NCBI RefSeq assembly: GCF_009914755.1
Contig: NC_060947.1
Length of the DNA stretch: 64,000 bases
Source of the DNA: the human T2T-CHM13v2.0 reference genome, Homo sapiens
Reading direction: 5' to 3' (one strand)
The position numbers and the translations under genes are program-made. This document shows, one piece after another, positions 39,795 to 53,200 of the stretch (position 1 is the first letter of the stretch; each line of letters starts with the position of its first letter). The notes below the pieces were generated by a model that saw only the letters and a program-made list of their open reading frames with translations, searched no databases and was not told the DNA's origin.

Positions 39795-40829
39795 AAGCAT
39801 TATTAAGCATATTCTGCTTGTATTCCTATCGCCAATTTTAATTATTGACTTGTACCAATCTGTCCTTGATTTCCTTTGAATCACTAATATTTATAAGGAA
39901 ATGTTCAAGTGTTATTAAATTTGCACACATGACTAACTGTAATATTTTTATTTCTTACATATTATAGCAGAATGTCATAATTAATCTACAAGGTAGTATT
40001 TATGTTAGTAAATGGTTACTCATCACAATAGATATATAGTAGTAAACCATGTAATTCATATTGCTGACAATACTTTCTGGTAGTTATCTTGTCTTTTAGC
40101 TCTGACAGAATACATACTTATTAATAAAAACAGACAAAATTCTCCCAAACAAAGTTGAGCTCATTATGAAGGAGTTCTTAGACCTGATGAATCTAGTGAT
40201 TTTGAGTCATCCATTTAGGGATAAATTATCACTATCATCATCATTGTGTAGGATAATTCCAGAAAAGTTTTTGATGAATAGTGCTCTATCAGTGTAGGCA
40301 AGTTCTTCAAACACCTTCTAATGCCTACCTGATGGATGCAATGAGTAGAGCCATGCAAGGCCACAGAAGAGCTAGGTTTTATTTTCTCTTTCTCTACTTA
40401 TTCTGATAAAAGGCCTGGGTCAAATTTTGTCTTTTTCAAATAATTGCAACATGGAATCTCTATATTCCACTGAAAGCAATGTGATTTAAACCATTTTTGT
40501 GTTTTCCTTTTCTTTACTAATTTTGATAAAATACTTAATTTGGAACATTTAATTTTATTATAAAAGGATTATTTGGGGCTTTTGTTGAAATCAAATGGGC
40601 ACCTTCATCATAGTTCTTGGTTTTATTTTGTTCTTCTATCATGGTGACAGCAAGTATATTTTTTAAACCTGTCTATGCATGGCCTGATAAACACTCATTA
40701 GTAGGTGCCTGATAAACACTAATTGAATGAATAGATAAATAACCTAATCAATATTCAGAGGAGAAAATAAGTTTTATGGACATACCACTCCCTTAAATGG
40801 GCTAGTTTAGTTGGTCCATGTTGATGTCC

Positions 40830-41618
40830 TGGGTCTTTTTTTAATGCATCCTAGATGATCTCATATATTCTTATGATTCTAATAACTACCTCTGCTAATG
40901 ATTCTGAGATTTCTATCGCTATCCCAGATATTTCTCCTTGGTTCCAGATGAAATATCTAGTTGCTTACTGAATATTTGTATCTGGATGTTTCTCAGCCAT
41001 TTCTAGTACAACACATCTGTAGCTGAACTCATCACTATCCTCACTCTCAAATCTGTTCTGTGTTCCATGTCTCAACAAATGGCATCACCACCACCTCTCC
41101 AACTGCCCAATTCAAAATCCGAGTGTCATCTTTGAGTCTTCCTTCTCATCTACATTAAATCATCTGCCGAATCAAATTGATTGTCTTCTTAGTAAGTCTT
41201 TATTAATTTCTTTTCACACCCATTGCCACCATCTTAGATCAAATTGCCATTATTTGTTATTTGGACTACTACATAATCTATTAACAGGTAAACTTTATTA
41301 CAGTTTTGCCCTCACCAAATTTATTCTCCACTTTGTAGCTAAATACAAGCATTCAGCCAAAAAGCATTTTTATCATACAACAATCTATTGACCAGTTCAT
41401 ATTCGTTTTCAAAATTTAAGCTTTCTTTTTTTTTGCGGGGGGGAGGTGGATCAGATAAGTACAATTTTCTTGTTTATTCCATACTTTACATACCCTAGTA
41501 CTTATCACATTCTACCATAATTATAGATATGCTGGTCTGGAAACTTCCATAAATTGTGTTTCACATCTCAGTCAGTACTTGACACATAGTAAGTACTCAA
41601 TAATTACTTGTTAGATGA
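40830..41618 (+). mobile_element. L2 remnant
   Basis: atcccagatatttctccttggttccagat...ctgaactcatca...gacacatagtaagtactcaataa. Confidence 0.7.
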
Positions 41619-41688
41619 AAGAGAAAGAGAGAAAGAAAAAGAAAGAGAAAGAAAGAAAGAAAGAAAAAAAGAAAGAGAAAGAAAAAGG
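41617..41688. repeat. GA-rich/(GAAA)n low-complexity tract
   Basis: Direct reading. Confidence 0.9.
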
Positions 41689-43108
41689 TTAGAAAAAGTT
41701 AAATCCATCCATCCATCCAATTATTCTAGTTTAATGAGACCTGAAAGACAAAGCAGTAGAGTCCTTAAAAGGCATGTAATCAAGTAGGTGATTTTTGAGA
41801 GTGTGTGCTTTATTTGAATTAATCAATTTGAGAAGAAGCAGGTCAATTATCAATGCCTTTAGGAGAGGTATATGTATGTGCTTTTTGTTCTAAATTTATG
41901 AGTGGCACTGGGATGAGGCATGGGTATTCTGGAGAAAAGGACAGCTTTTGTTGGGGACATAGGTTTATTCATTGTTGTTGTTCTTGTTTTTGTTGTGTTT
42001 TGGATTTTATTCTTTTTTCAGGTCAGACAGTAGCTGCAAGGTCTTAGTATACTGCAAGCAAAGATGTGCTATGTGAGATGTACCATGATAGTCATTCTTC
42101 TGGTATGCAGAGAGTAGTGTGCCTGCTCTTTTTCTCCCTCCGGCAAAGTCTAGGGAGTCTTAGTTGCATTCCTCACTCTCCTAATAAAGGATGTCATTAT
42201 GTTGATTGGTTTCAAAGTCTACTGAATGATTGATGTAGGCTATGATGATCTATATTTATAGTCTGTTCTATTATTTTACATGACTATTCTGTGATTGGAA
42301 TTCCTGGCACAATATTAGTTTACATTTATGCAAACGAAATATATAGAGTAAGTTTTCTAAGCTAGGTGCCCTGATGATTTTATTAAACATGATTAAAGAT
42401 TATATCCAAGAGCTTGACAAGAAAAGCCTATAATATGTCATGATATCTTTCATGAGCAGGACATAAACAAAGTGAGAAGGAGAAAGGAGGCAAATGCATG
42501 TTTTAACTCTTTCATTTCGTGAAAGCAAATAAGACAGAGTTGCTCATTATCTTATTTTTAAAAAGAGAAGTTGGAATCCTGTAGTTTTGCTGCAATAAGA
42601 ATGGTCTTTTTTGTTGTTGTTATTTCTGACCACATCATGTTCCTTGGAAAGAACAACTGAAAATAATCAACTTGCAGCCACAAGGTGGCTTTGTGCCCCA
42701 ACTACGCTTGAATTGAAGACTTCGCACAAAACCATGTACAACTCATCAGGCTAAAAAAAGGCAGATCCTACCTGTCTAAAAATAATTCATGCAAAGAAAA
42801 CCAATCAATATAAATAAATAGGACAAAAATAAAAACAATAGGAACTTGGCATCTTGATTACTCTGATAGTACAGATTTCTTTACCTTTTCTTTAACGTCA
42901 GGTAACGTAACTAGAAAGTGTTTTTCTTAAATTTTTGTTTGAAAACATTTCTGATTTCCTTTCCGACTGGTGGTTGTCATCAAATTCTAAATTATTTAAA
43001 TGCTATTTGTCAAGCTCAAAAATATATTTTCTAGTTCTTTTTGTTGTCTAAAGTGTGGATAATCTGAGGGAAAGGACTTAGAAAAGGGAAGGTTTTTTAA
43101 TGAAGAAA

Positions 43109-43147
43109 GTGTGTGTGTGTGTGTGTGTGTGTGTTTGTGTGTGTGTG
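43109..43147. repeat. (GT)n microsatellite with one interruption
   Basis: Direct reading. Confidence 0.95.
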
Positions 43148-43289
43148 AGAAAGAGAAAGAGAAGGAGAATGAGTTTGGTGGGGGAGCTGAGTTTAACTTC
43201 ACTTATTCCTTGCAAAAATTCCTACCTACTCCTTTTCCCTGAAATATGTCAATTTAAAAAAAATCACAAAGCTAGAAAATTTCTTTTTA

Positions 43290-43455
43290 ACTAACTTTTT
43301 TTAAAGTTACACAAATAATGTATGAAAACATTTTTATTATAGAAATTTAAATAATACATAAATATAGGCAAAGATGACAAGTCCATTAGACATGCCCACC
43401 CATACCCAATCCATACCCCAGAAGCAGTTGTTTAATGTGTATCTTTCCCATCCAT
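43290..43455 (-). mobile_element. Old L1ME-type 3' fragment
   Basis: ttacacaaataatgtatgaaaacattttt...ccataccccagaag. Confidence 0.45.
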
Positions 43456-43999
43456 TTTAGGAAACATTTTTTATTAAATAATCTGAAAAAATAACAAACT
43501 CCCAAAAAGCAGGGACAATGTTTACATTTTTTAAATTTTTACACAGAACTTTGTACAGTGCAACCTCATTGTAACACTTTTTTTTCATTTTACAGATGAA
43601 TTTTGCATAAGACACGTTTATCTTAGTTTCTTGGGTAAAAAGTAGCAACAAGACAGCGCTAGAAGGCTGTTTCAGTTATTAAACCATCTTGTTTGGATCC
43701 AGAAGAGTAGGATATTAAAGTTTTCAGCATACATTATTCTGCATGAAGTGGGCACAATACATATTTTATATTGATGCCAGAAGTATATTCTTCTCATTAG
43801 ATCGACTCAGGCAGAGTATAGAAGAGTAATTATCTAAAGAGTTTAATCAATGTCATTACTAAGGTTGGCACACTAATTAAAATGTTTAATCCCTCATTTG
43901 CTGAACTTTTGGTATGAGGAATTTATAAAACTGCCTCAAGTCTCTAATATTCATATATGTGTAGCATATGTGTTCATGATAGCAAAATTTCCTAAAGAA

Positions 44000-44262
44000 T
44001 CAATTAATAAACATGTGTTTACTAAGCATGGGCTACGTCATGAGCTAAACATTGTGGAGGATACAAAAGAATGACGTATTCACATTCTCTTGTCTTTAGT
44101 GAGTCCTGCTGGTAAGATGACATGCAAATACATGAAATAAGAGAATAACAAAACTCAGTACAGAGTATTAATGTGAAAGAGTTAGGAAAGGGGTACCTCG
44201 AAGATGACTTCACAGAGGTAGTTGTACATGAGCTAGGTCTCAAAATTAGGTAGAATTTAATT
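44000..44262 (-). mobile_element. L2 fragment
   Basis: caattaataaacatgtgtttactaagca...gaagatgacttcacagaggta...tgagctaggtctca. Confidence 0.6.
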
Positions 44263-44269
44263 AGCTTAT

Positions 44270-44525
44270 GAGAAATGTTAAGAGCAAGGCTCCTGAAATC
44301 AAACTACCTAGATTATCAATTCTGGCTTCAAAACTTTCTGGCCGTGTGATCTGAGAAGGTACTTATTATCTTTGCTTTAGTTATCTCATCTGTAAAATGA
44401 ATATGCTATTAATACTATTTACCTCATAAAATATTGGTGAATATAAATTGAGATAATACCTGTAAAACATTTAGAACAGTACCAAGTATATGCTACTATG
44501 ATCGATAACTCTTAACTACTACTAT
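44270..44525 (+). mobile_element. MIR
   Basis: gttaagagcaaggctc...ctcatctgtaaaatg...tgagataatacctgtaaaacatttagaacagtacc. Confidence 0.88.
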
Positions 44526-44721
44526 TTAGATTATCACTGCAATGAAAAGAAATTTTTAAATGACCAATCTCTGTGTAGCATAGCATTATATAGAAATATT
44601 TCTTTTTAATTCTCTTTAAGGCTCTCATTTAGAATATTTATTCAGTAATTTGAAATTGCGCCTTTTATTCTTTTACTCTGTATTCTGTATAATTTGGATT
44701 TTTGTTTTTACATTCAATCCA

Positions 44722-44890
44722 TTTTTATACAGATTGATGCAGGTATAATTTACATACCATAAATTTGCCCATTTTAAATACATGATTTCATGAGTTTTAG
44801 TACATTTATTTTGTCCAGTTATCATTGCAATCCAGCTCTAAAACATTTCTATCACCCCAAAAGAAGCTTCATAACCACTTATAGTTAGAA
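44722..44890 (-). mobile_element. Old L1M 3' terminus
   Basis: ggtataatttacataccataaatttgcccattttaa...aacatttctatcaccccaaaa. Confidence 0.7.
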
Positions 44891-45469
44891 CTTAATGTAC
44901 ATGTTTTATTTGTTTTTAATTTTTTAAGTTTCAATAGAGAAAAAATATAATGAAAGAGGATATGGCAGCAAACCTAAGAGTCAACTAATAAATAATTACT
45001 GCTTCCTTTCCAAAACATGCTACAACCGAAAATTATACCTTCAGACATATCCTGCTGTGTCAAATCATGCTGTTTTGGTATTACATTTGCCCCTATCTTT
45101 TAAAATACACTTGGGTAAGTTGCTCCAAAATATTTTCAGCCCATTGGCCCCTTTGATGGGGCAAAGATTTCATGGACCACCTACATCATCTGCTCCTGCC
45201 TTTCTGCAAAAAACCCAAACAAGTCTCCCTAGAATTTGGGAAAGTCCCACGTTTGAAGAGATGCCAATGAGGTTATGTCTAGATTTGTATTAAAAGCATA
45301 AATTTTGAATGCATGATAGGTACAAAAGAATAGACATTGTTATATTATTTTCATTAATGATATGAGAGAACCTGTGGGCCACCTGGACCCATGTGGACCA
45401 TTACTTGTGAACCAAAGTTCTGTGTCAGAGTTATCATAGAACTATGACATACTGAAATGGTCACATGGG

Positions 45470-45665
45470 CATGGTCAGGCAAACCTAGGCTTGAATTCTA
45501 ACTCAGCCACTTAGTAGCTGCATGACCTTAGGCAAATAACTTTTCACAGCCTCAGTTTCCCTCTCTGAAAATAAAGAAATAATATCTACCTTGTTGGGTT
45601 ATTGAGAGTACTTCTAAGAATGTGTATGTAAATCACTTAATATTTAGTAGAAAATAAATATTATT
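45470..45665 (+). mobile_element. MIR
   Basis: ccacttagtagctgcatgaccttaggcaa...gcctcagtttccct. Confidence 0.8.
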
Positions 45666-46829
45666 TTTTTCCCTCTGCCTCCATCTTTCTATTCCTTTCT
45701 CCCTTTCTTCATTTCCTCCTCCTTTTCTTCCCTTCTCTCCCTTTCACTCTAGCATTTGTATTCATTCTAATTAGCTCTGAAGAAAGCTGGTAAAATATCC
45801 CTTTTAGGGAATCTATACAGAATAAATTCATTTCTGAACACAAAGAGTCACAAGAATGCAATTATAACATTCAAGCTAGCTCATTCCCTAGCCAGACCTT
45901 TTCTCAACATCTCCTGCCATCGCTTTTTTCCCTTAGGTATACCTGAGCTTTGATTATTCAAATCAAGTCTCGTGTAATAACAGGTTCTTTGTAGTTGCAT
46001 TCTTACATGTGTTCTGGGGTTTTCCAACCACTCCCTCTCAATTTCCCATTATTTCATATTGAATTATATTTTGTTTATCAGTTTTTACAAGGGTGTTCTT
46101 TGCAATACCTTATTGGGTAAGTATAGCTCATTTGATATTTGATTACTTAATAGTTCTTCTCTGAGTTAAGGTTTTTGAACATGGAGAATGATTAAAACCT
46201 CTATTTTATTATGCACATGATGGCAGCAAAAATGTTAATAGAAGAATGCTTTGTTGAGTTTGTTTCTCACACTTTATTGTGTGGTAGTAAATGTGATCTA
46301 GCATAAGCCCTCATTGTTCCTGGAGCTGTGCCTACAGAAACTGCTCTAGTAATGTGTTTGCATGACACATAATTAAGTGCATGTTGTAACTTGTTCCTAA
46401 CTATTATACACGTCAGTTTGAACAATGTGCAATATCCAAGCATAAAATTAAGACCTACGCCTTCATTTCGTCTGTCAAATCTCCTTGATTTTAAGAGTAG
46501 GGGTGACCCTCAAGTCATAAAACAATAAAAGTCGACATAAAACACAAAAGTCAAAAATGCCTGGGAAACACTAGATAAAACAAACAGATGAGATTGTTAG
46601 TTAATTTTGCCTCTACTTTGTTACCTGAAAAGTTAGATTCACTTCTTGTCAAGCCATAGCAAATAGAGTTTTCTTATCAAAGTGTGAATGCCTTGCCTTG
46701 AAATATGAGCTCCTGCGCTTGGCAAGTGCCCTCACTTATTCAGACAACTACAATTTATTGCAGGAGAGCCACAGAGAATGAATAACAAAGTAACAACTAT
46801 CTATCTCTTGGAACCTTTAATTCCAGAAG

Positions 46830-47185
46830 TGGATACAGGCACAGCTGGAATAGAGGGACCAAGTGGAGGCAGAGAGTAATAGAAAATAGAGGTACAGTGT
46901 GAAGGCAAATCATGTAGGGCATGTGACCATTTGAAAGACCTCAGTTTTTGCTTTGAAAGATATGGGAAGTCACTGGAGAGTTGTGAGAAGGTTAATGACA
47001 TGATCAGATTTATATAGTAAAGCGATTATTCTGACTGCTGTGTTCACAATACACTATAGAAGGGATTAGGACAGAAGCAAGGATACCAATTAGGAAGGTA
47101 TTATCATATTACAGGCAAGAGATTATGGAGGATTGAGCCAGAGGAGGTGGTGAGAATTGGCCTTAATCTGGACACATTTCAAAAG
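46830..47185 (-). mobile_element. L2 fragment
   Basis: aaatcatgtagggc...gatatgggaagtcactggagag...gacatgatcagattt. Confidence 0.75.
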
Positions 47186-47502
47186 GGATAGGGAAAGTAG
47201 TAGGATAATAAAGGTTTTATATTACAAGCCCCTAGAAGGCTCATACCAGTTTACTTAACTGGCCTTATTTCCCACACAATCCAGAATCATAAGATAATAA
47301 ATGTATATAAGAATTATGAAGATAATGATACATTCCTTTTCTGAAACCATTATTCTCTCAAACCTCCCACCTACCCCTCTTTAATTAGTTTCTTAGATAA
47401 AAATGTACTTAGACTGGTTTTACGTGACTAATCAGATCAACTGTATTATGGGTCAATACTACATAGCCAGGTGGAAAACAAGTAACAAATCTGAATCTGT
47501 CT

Positions 47503-47632
47503 TTTTAAAAATTGTAAAGATAGAGTCTCACTATGTTGCCTAGGCCAGTCTCAAACCTCTGGTCTCAAGTAATCCACCTGCTTTGGCTTCCCAAAGAACT
47601 GGAATTACAGGCATGAGCCACTGTGCTTGTCC
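47503..47632 (-). mobile_element. FLAM_C/AluJ-like free left monomer
   Basis: gtctcactatgttgcctaggc...ggaattacaggcatgagccactgtg; flanking repeat aatctgtct (47494-47502, 47636-47644). Confidence 0.88.
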
Positions 47633-47728
47633 CCTAATCTGTCTAATAACTGGAAAAAGCCTGATTTGAATGACAATTTAATAGAATTTTGAAGCTCAAA
47701 GCTGTCTTGGAGATCACTTACTTAGTTT

Positions 47729-48064
47729 AGATATTCCCAATCTTTTCACATAGAGAAGCCCTTTTTAAAATTGCAAAATGTAGTTCTCCCAAGATAAAGG
47801 TACCACTTTTAGTAGCTGTTGATTGAGAAAATACCTAACAAACAGCTACAACAAATTCAGCATTGATTTTAATTGAATGTGTATTTTTTATTAATCTTAA
47901 TGACATTTACACACATATATGTGCAGTATATATTATTTATGTACTCTACAGACTGTGTCTCATGAACATGTAAATTAATGTGCTCTTTGCAATATATTTG
48001 GGCCCTTCCTTTGAGGTAGGGATATAACCCCAAAGAATCTTTGGTTCTTAGATTTGAACCACTG
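47729..48064. mobile_element. Probable old hAT-Charlie-type element inserted in a MIR
   Basis: Right end gaaccactg (reverse complement of cagtggttc); MIR-like flanks at ~47680-47728 and ~48065-48170. Confidence 0.4.
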
Positions 48065-48179
48065 AGTTTCAATCCTTACTTTCCAAATCCCATGCCCAAT
48101 TTGCAGGTGAAAAAAAAAATTAGATTCAAAGAGGCTAAGTGATTTGTACAAGTCAGTATCAGTACTGGGAAAGGAAGGC

Positions 48180-48362
48180 AGAGCTATGGGGTAGAGGACA
48201 AAGTCTTAGACTTAGTGTCAGGATACTTGAGCTTGCAGCATAGGTCTCAAGCTAGTCTCTTCTCTTTGAGCTTTGGTTTCTTCATACATAAGGAGAAGAT
48301 AATGAAACGAATCTTATATAATTATGGTGAGGACTAAGAGATTATGCACATGAATGCTTTCT
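48180..48362 (+). mobile_element. MIR
   Basis: tgagctttggtttcttcat...gtgaggactaa.agattatgcacatgaatgcttt. Confidence 0.6.
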
Positions 48363-50039
48363 TTTTATTGATCCTGATATAGAATGGAAAGGTTTTACCA
48401 TTATTAGAACCTGACTCCTAGTTCAGAACACCCCATTAATTATTTTCATCCTTTTTATGACAACATTTGAGCATGTTATTTTCACGATTCTGATGCTAAA
48501 ATCAGATGAAAGACACAGCATCAATTTGCTCAACACAAGGTAACAATAGCCCAAGCCACTATTCAAAATACAGGAATGAATGAGTGCCATAATGGAAACA
48601 TTGTCTCGGTTAAAGGCCACATTTGTATTTTATTGTTTTCTCTGCTTTTCTATGTTTCTGAATTCAAGAAGATTCTATTGTGTTTCTCTCATAATCTGAA
48701 TGGTTCTTCTTGGGAGTTTATGGTATTTTCTTTTACAAATTGGTCATTAAATTATATGAGCTTTAGAATCAAGCTAGTGGTTCAATGGAGTCCTCAGAAA
48801 TCCAGTATTGTGGGCATCTCTACTGATAAATAACTTACAATAAAAGCAACTTCAAGCAGGTTCTTCTCCAGTGATGGTTACTTGGCATGATATTATATTA
48901 ATAGCCATTGCTATTAGAATATATGAGCCAAATCACCATATCATTTCCCTGCTTTTTTTCTAAAGTGAATTTAAAACAACATTTCTGTAATTTAGAGCAG
49001 ATAATACGAAATCTAGACACTTTTTTTTAGTCATCCTCTCAAAATAGGCACATCAAGTCTTCCTAGCTATTACATTCAACTGTGCAAACAGATTTTAAAT
49101 GCATGCGTATGAAATCTAATGACTTACCGGTGGATGTGAATGTTGAAAGGACTTAAAGTGGGAATTAACGGCCCAATTGTTTAAAATTATTCCTTAGGTG
49201 TGTTTACAGACTGTGATGCACATACACATGTATGACTTTGTAACAAGTGAATTGAGTCATTAAATGCTGTCATGGCACTCAAAAGCTATTCTCTGACCTA
49301 CGAACAAGAAGTTTGAAGAAGGAGCATGTGGGGAGTAGTTTAGAGAGCACGCTGAGTGAGCACAGGGTTGGACAAAAGTAGCTAAGGAACTTATAGGGGA
49401 CAACTTTTCTGTTGCTTATAACTTGACTGCTGTTCCAACATTTTATTCTGATAGAGGACGAGGGCTATGCATATTCTTTTGAGATTTTTGCTAAATTAAA
49501 GATTAGTGAGTGTGGAGAACCAAGCTCCTTGGAACATGTGTTCCTAAGAGACAGCAGTCTTTCCTTGGGCATGCCTTGACATTAACTATTAAGCAATCAA
49601 CCCTTTGACTTCCATCTCATATTTCTTAGGCTATCCATAGGTTGAAATGAGAAGATTCTTTGGGCCACTGTGTGTGTGTGTGGTGGAGTGGAGTGGTGTA
49701 GAAGGGAGGATTTTTACAGCGATTTCCCTGAAAAGTTAGTCTAAACTACAGTAGATAGTTCTTATATGATTTCTGATTGGCCTGTATTTCCTGATATCTA
49801 CCACAAAGTGTCCATACAATGTGGTATTGAAAATGTCATTGTTAGAGCATCATTTCTTTAATTTTGCTTTAAAGGGGAAATTTTCTAGGATGAGACAGCA
49901 TTTTAAATTGTTGATTGCCATTTATACTTTGGTATTTTAGGTACTGGAGCCTGAAGAGACATTGATATCTAGAAGAACAAAAGGCAAAATGGCGTTAAAG
50001 ATAGAGATTCTCCTTTACAATTTTATTCTGCAATATGTT

Positions 50040-50192
50040 GTAATTTGACTTATTTCTCCTTTGGCTGCTGCCATAGACCTGTAATTAAATACCCATCTCA
50101 TAGAGCCATCATGGAAATAAGTGAGATAATGCATGTAAACCACCAAGCACAGAACTTGGCTGATAGTAAGTTCTCAGTAAATGTTAGCTGTA
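50040..50192 (+). mobile_element. MIR fragment
   Basis: aagtgagataatgcatgtaaac...agtaagttctcagtaaatgttagct. Confidence 0.75.
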
Positions 50193-50653
50193 GAAATCCC
50201 CTAGCCATTTACCAACCAATGGCGACTGTGAGTTAACTGTCTGTGCCTAATGAAGTTGAGAGAAAGAGAAAAATAAAACCTACCTTATGCATTAATAGGG
50301 TGCATTTTCGAAAGACCTTTGCAGCACTTTATGTTTAATTATTAAGGCATCATGAGAGGTAGGTAAGAGGAATTTCACTTTTAAGCTACTAAAATAAACT
50401 AGGCATTTTTTTTTTTAAGGTCATAGAAAAAATCATTGACAAAGTCTGCAGGTACTCAAGTCTTATAACTTTAATTCAAATGATCTATTATCTATGCTAA
50501 GCTACTTTACTGAGGCTTAAATACTGAAGATATATGGACTTCTACTTCGTGTCAATTTTATGAAAATAAACAAGACATTATAATACAACCAGACAAATGA
50601 TTTTATAGACTGTTAGTATGAAAATAATAGCAATAATAAATAGACTGGATTGA

Positions 50654-50987
<334 letters not shown>

Positions 50988-52505
50988 AGAATATAATTTT
51001 AAAAGGCAAAAATAAAAATAACACATTACCACTGTATCAAGGTTTTGATGCAATCAAACACTGAAGTGGGGAATACTGCACAGTAAAGGAGAATGGGTAT
51101 TAATCTTTTGGTTACCTGTGACTGTCACTAGAAACGCCTGATTTTGTAGGAACCCTTATCTTGTTTTTTTTTTTTCTCAACCATCATTACGCATAAATAC
51201 CATGTAGCCTGATTTAACAGAGTGGTCTCAAAAAGATGACTTTCTATTTCACAACCATGATGTTTTACCATGGACGAACCGGACAAGTTACTATCTCACT
51301 GTAGTAATGTCAGGTGATCTCAGGACTGGAAAGGTCACTACGACCAATCACTATATGGAGATTGGGCTTTTCAAAGTTATTTGTTAACTTTAAAAAATAT
51401 TTTCCCCCGGTTTTAGTTTTACAGGAATGTGCAACACTAGATGGAAATTTTAGTAATGTTTTCCAAAGGTCAAATGTTCTAAATAATACTGCTAATGTTC
51501 GGGTAAGGACTTTGTGCAGACCAGTTGTTATGGATTTAGGACTGTAATGATAGCATCAAATCAGATAGTTAGTTAATTAATGTTCCTAGACACTTGCCAA
51601 TTACTACTCTTGAAAAAAAGAAGTATTTACTAAGCAAAGGATCACTCTTTGAACCAGAATGCTTCCTATACAGGGAAACCCAATGAATTATCAATGTATT
51701 GGATCACATCATTCACTCACCATTTCACCAAAGTCTTTTAGACATTAAGACCCACTCCCAGCTCAGTTTTTACCAACTGATGCATTTTGTTCTTTTCCAA
51801 ACATATTCATAATAGTTATAAAGTGCTACTTTTTTATCTTAATTTGTCACTGTCATCTTTCTTTAAGGCACCTTTTTTGAGACCACAAAGTTAACAATCC
51901 TAATTAAGAGTGAATAAAATGACTGCTGAATTTCTGTGTTTGTTTTTGGCCTACTCAGTGAATCAAAAGTGTCATTTCAAAATAAATATATGGGTTATAC
52001 TCACAAAGAGATACTGTATATGCATATATCCTGAAAAAGGAGACACAATTAAAATGTCTTTTTCAAATCAAACCCCATCCTAGGTTTTAGCTAATTTTAA
52101 CTGAAATGTTATCCAGATGCCTAGATGTAGTATGAGCAAAATGCTTAAGATTTGATATTTTGTTGAAGAGCTAGTTCAGAAGGAAAAAATCTTTTTAGTT
52201 GGTGACATTATATTCTATATGCCTACTGCTTGTTCAGATTACTCTAACAAAGGCTTAAGGTAATACTATAATAAAACAATATTACTACATCAGCTACAAA
52301 TTTTCAAAACACAATAAAAGTATACATTATTTTATAGTCCTCAAATTCAAAACCTGTATTGATTCATGTGGATGTTGGACTAAAATTTTTATGAAGAAAG
52401 AATTTGCCTGGAAAAACAGATGAACAGAATATGAATTTCAAATTCATTTTTACTATTTTCAAGAAATCATTTGTTCACTTTTAATTTAAAATACTTGACT
52501 GTCCC

Positions 52506-52814
52506 AGCCTGGCGTGGTGGCTCATGCCTGTAATCCCAGCACTTTGGGAGGATGAGGCGGGAGGATCACAAGGTCAGGAGATCAAGACCACCCTGGCTAA
52601 CATGGCAAAACTCCATCTTTACTAAAAATACAAAAAAAAAAAAAAAATTAGCCGGGCATGGTGGCACATACCTATACTCTCAGCTACTTGGGAGGCAGAG
52701 GCAGGAGAATTGCCTGAACCAGTGAGGAGGCGGAGGTTGCAGTGAGCCGAGATTGTGCCACTGCACTCCAGCCTGGGCGACAGAGCGAGTCAAAAAACAA
52801 ACAAACAAACAAAA
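52506..52814 (+). mobile_element. AluSc-like with expanded middle A tract
   Basis: ggatcacaaggtcaggagatcaagacc; TSD acttgactgtccc (52493-52505, 52815-52827). Confidence 0.96.
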
Positions 52815-52839
52815 ACTTGACTGTCCCTCCCTACTCCCC

Positions 52840-53200
52840 TACAACTTTATGTTATTTAGACTATCACTTTTATTTTGTTGTCTTATGAACACTGCTTTCA
52901 CAAATGTCTTCCTACTAAATTGTGAGCTCCTTCTCAACAGAGATCTGCTCTTTGTTTTTATCTTTTATTTTAAATTTTTAGTTAAAAATTATTGTGTGCT
53001 CACAATGTGCCAGACATGATCCTAAATGTTTTTACGTCTATCATCTCATTTTTAGGCCTAACAAAAATTCTATCCAGTAGATATTTTCAAGCTCTTTATT
53101 ATTGAAGTTTGAAGAAGTTACATGAAGAGCTGGTTTGAATCCTCAGGAGTGTGACCCTGGTGCCAAAGGGTCACATGCCAAAACTTTTATCCATGCTAAC
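52840..53200. mobile_element. L2 3' fragment (+) followed by a MIR (-)
   Basis: ctactaaattgtgagctcctt; tattgtgtgctcacaatgtgccagacatg. Confidence 0.65.

Noticed and set aside
49531-49544. ggaacatgtgttcc as a steroid response element
   Set aside because: Half-site spacing is 2 nt rather than the required 3
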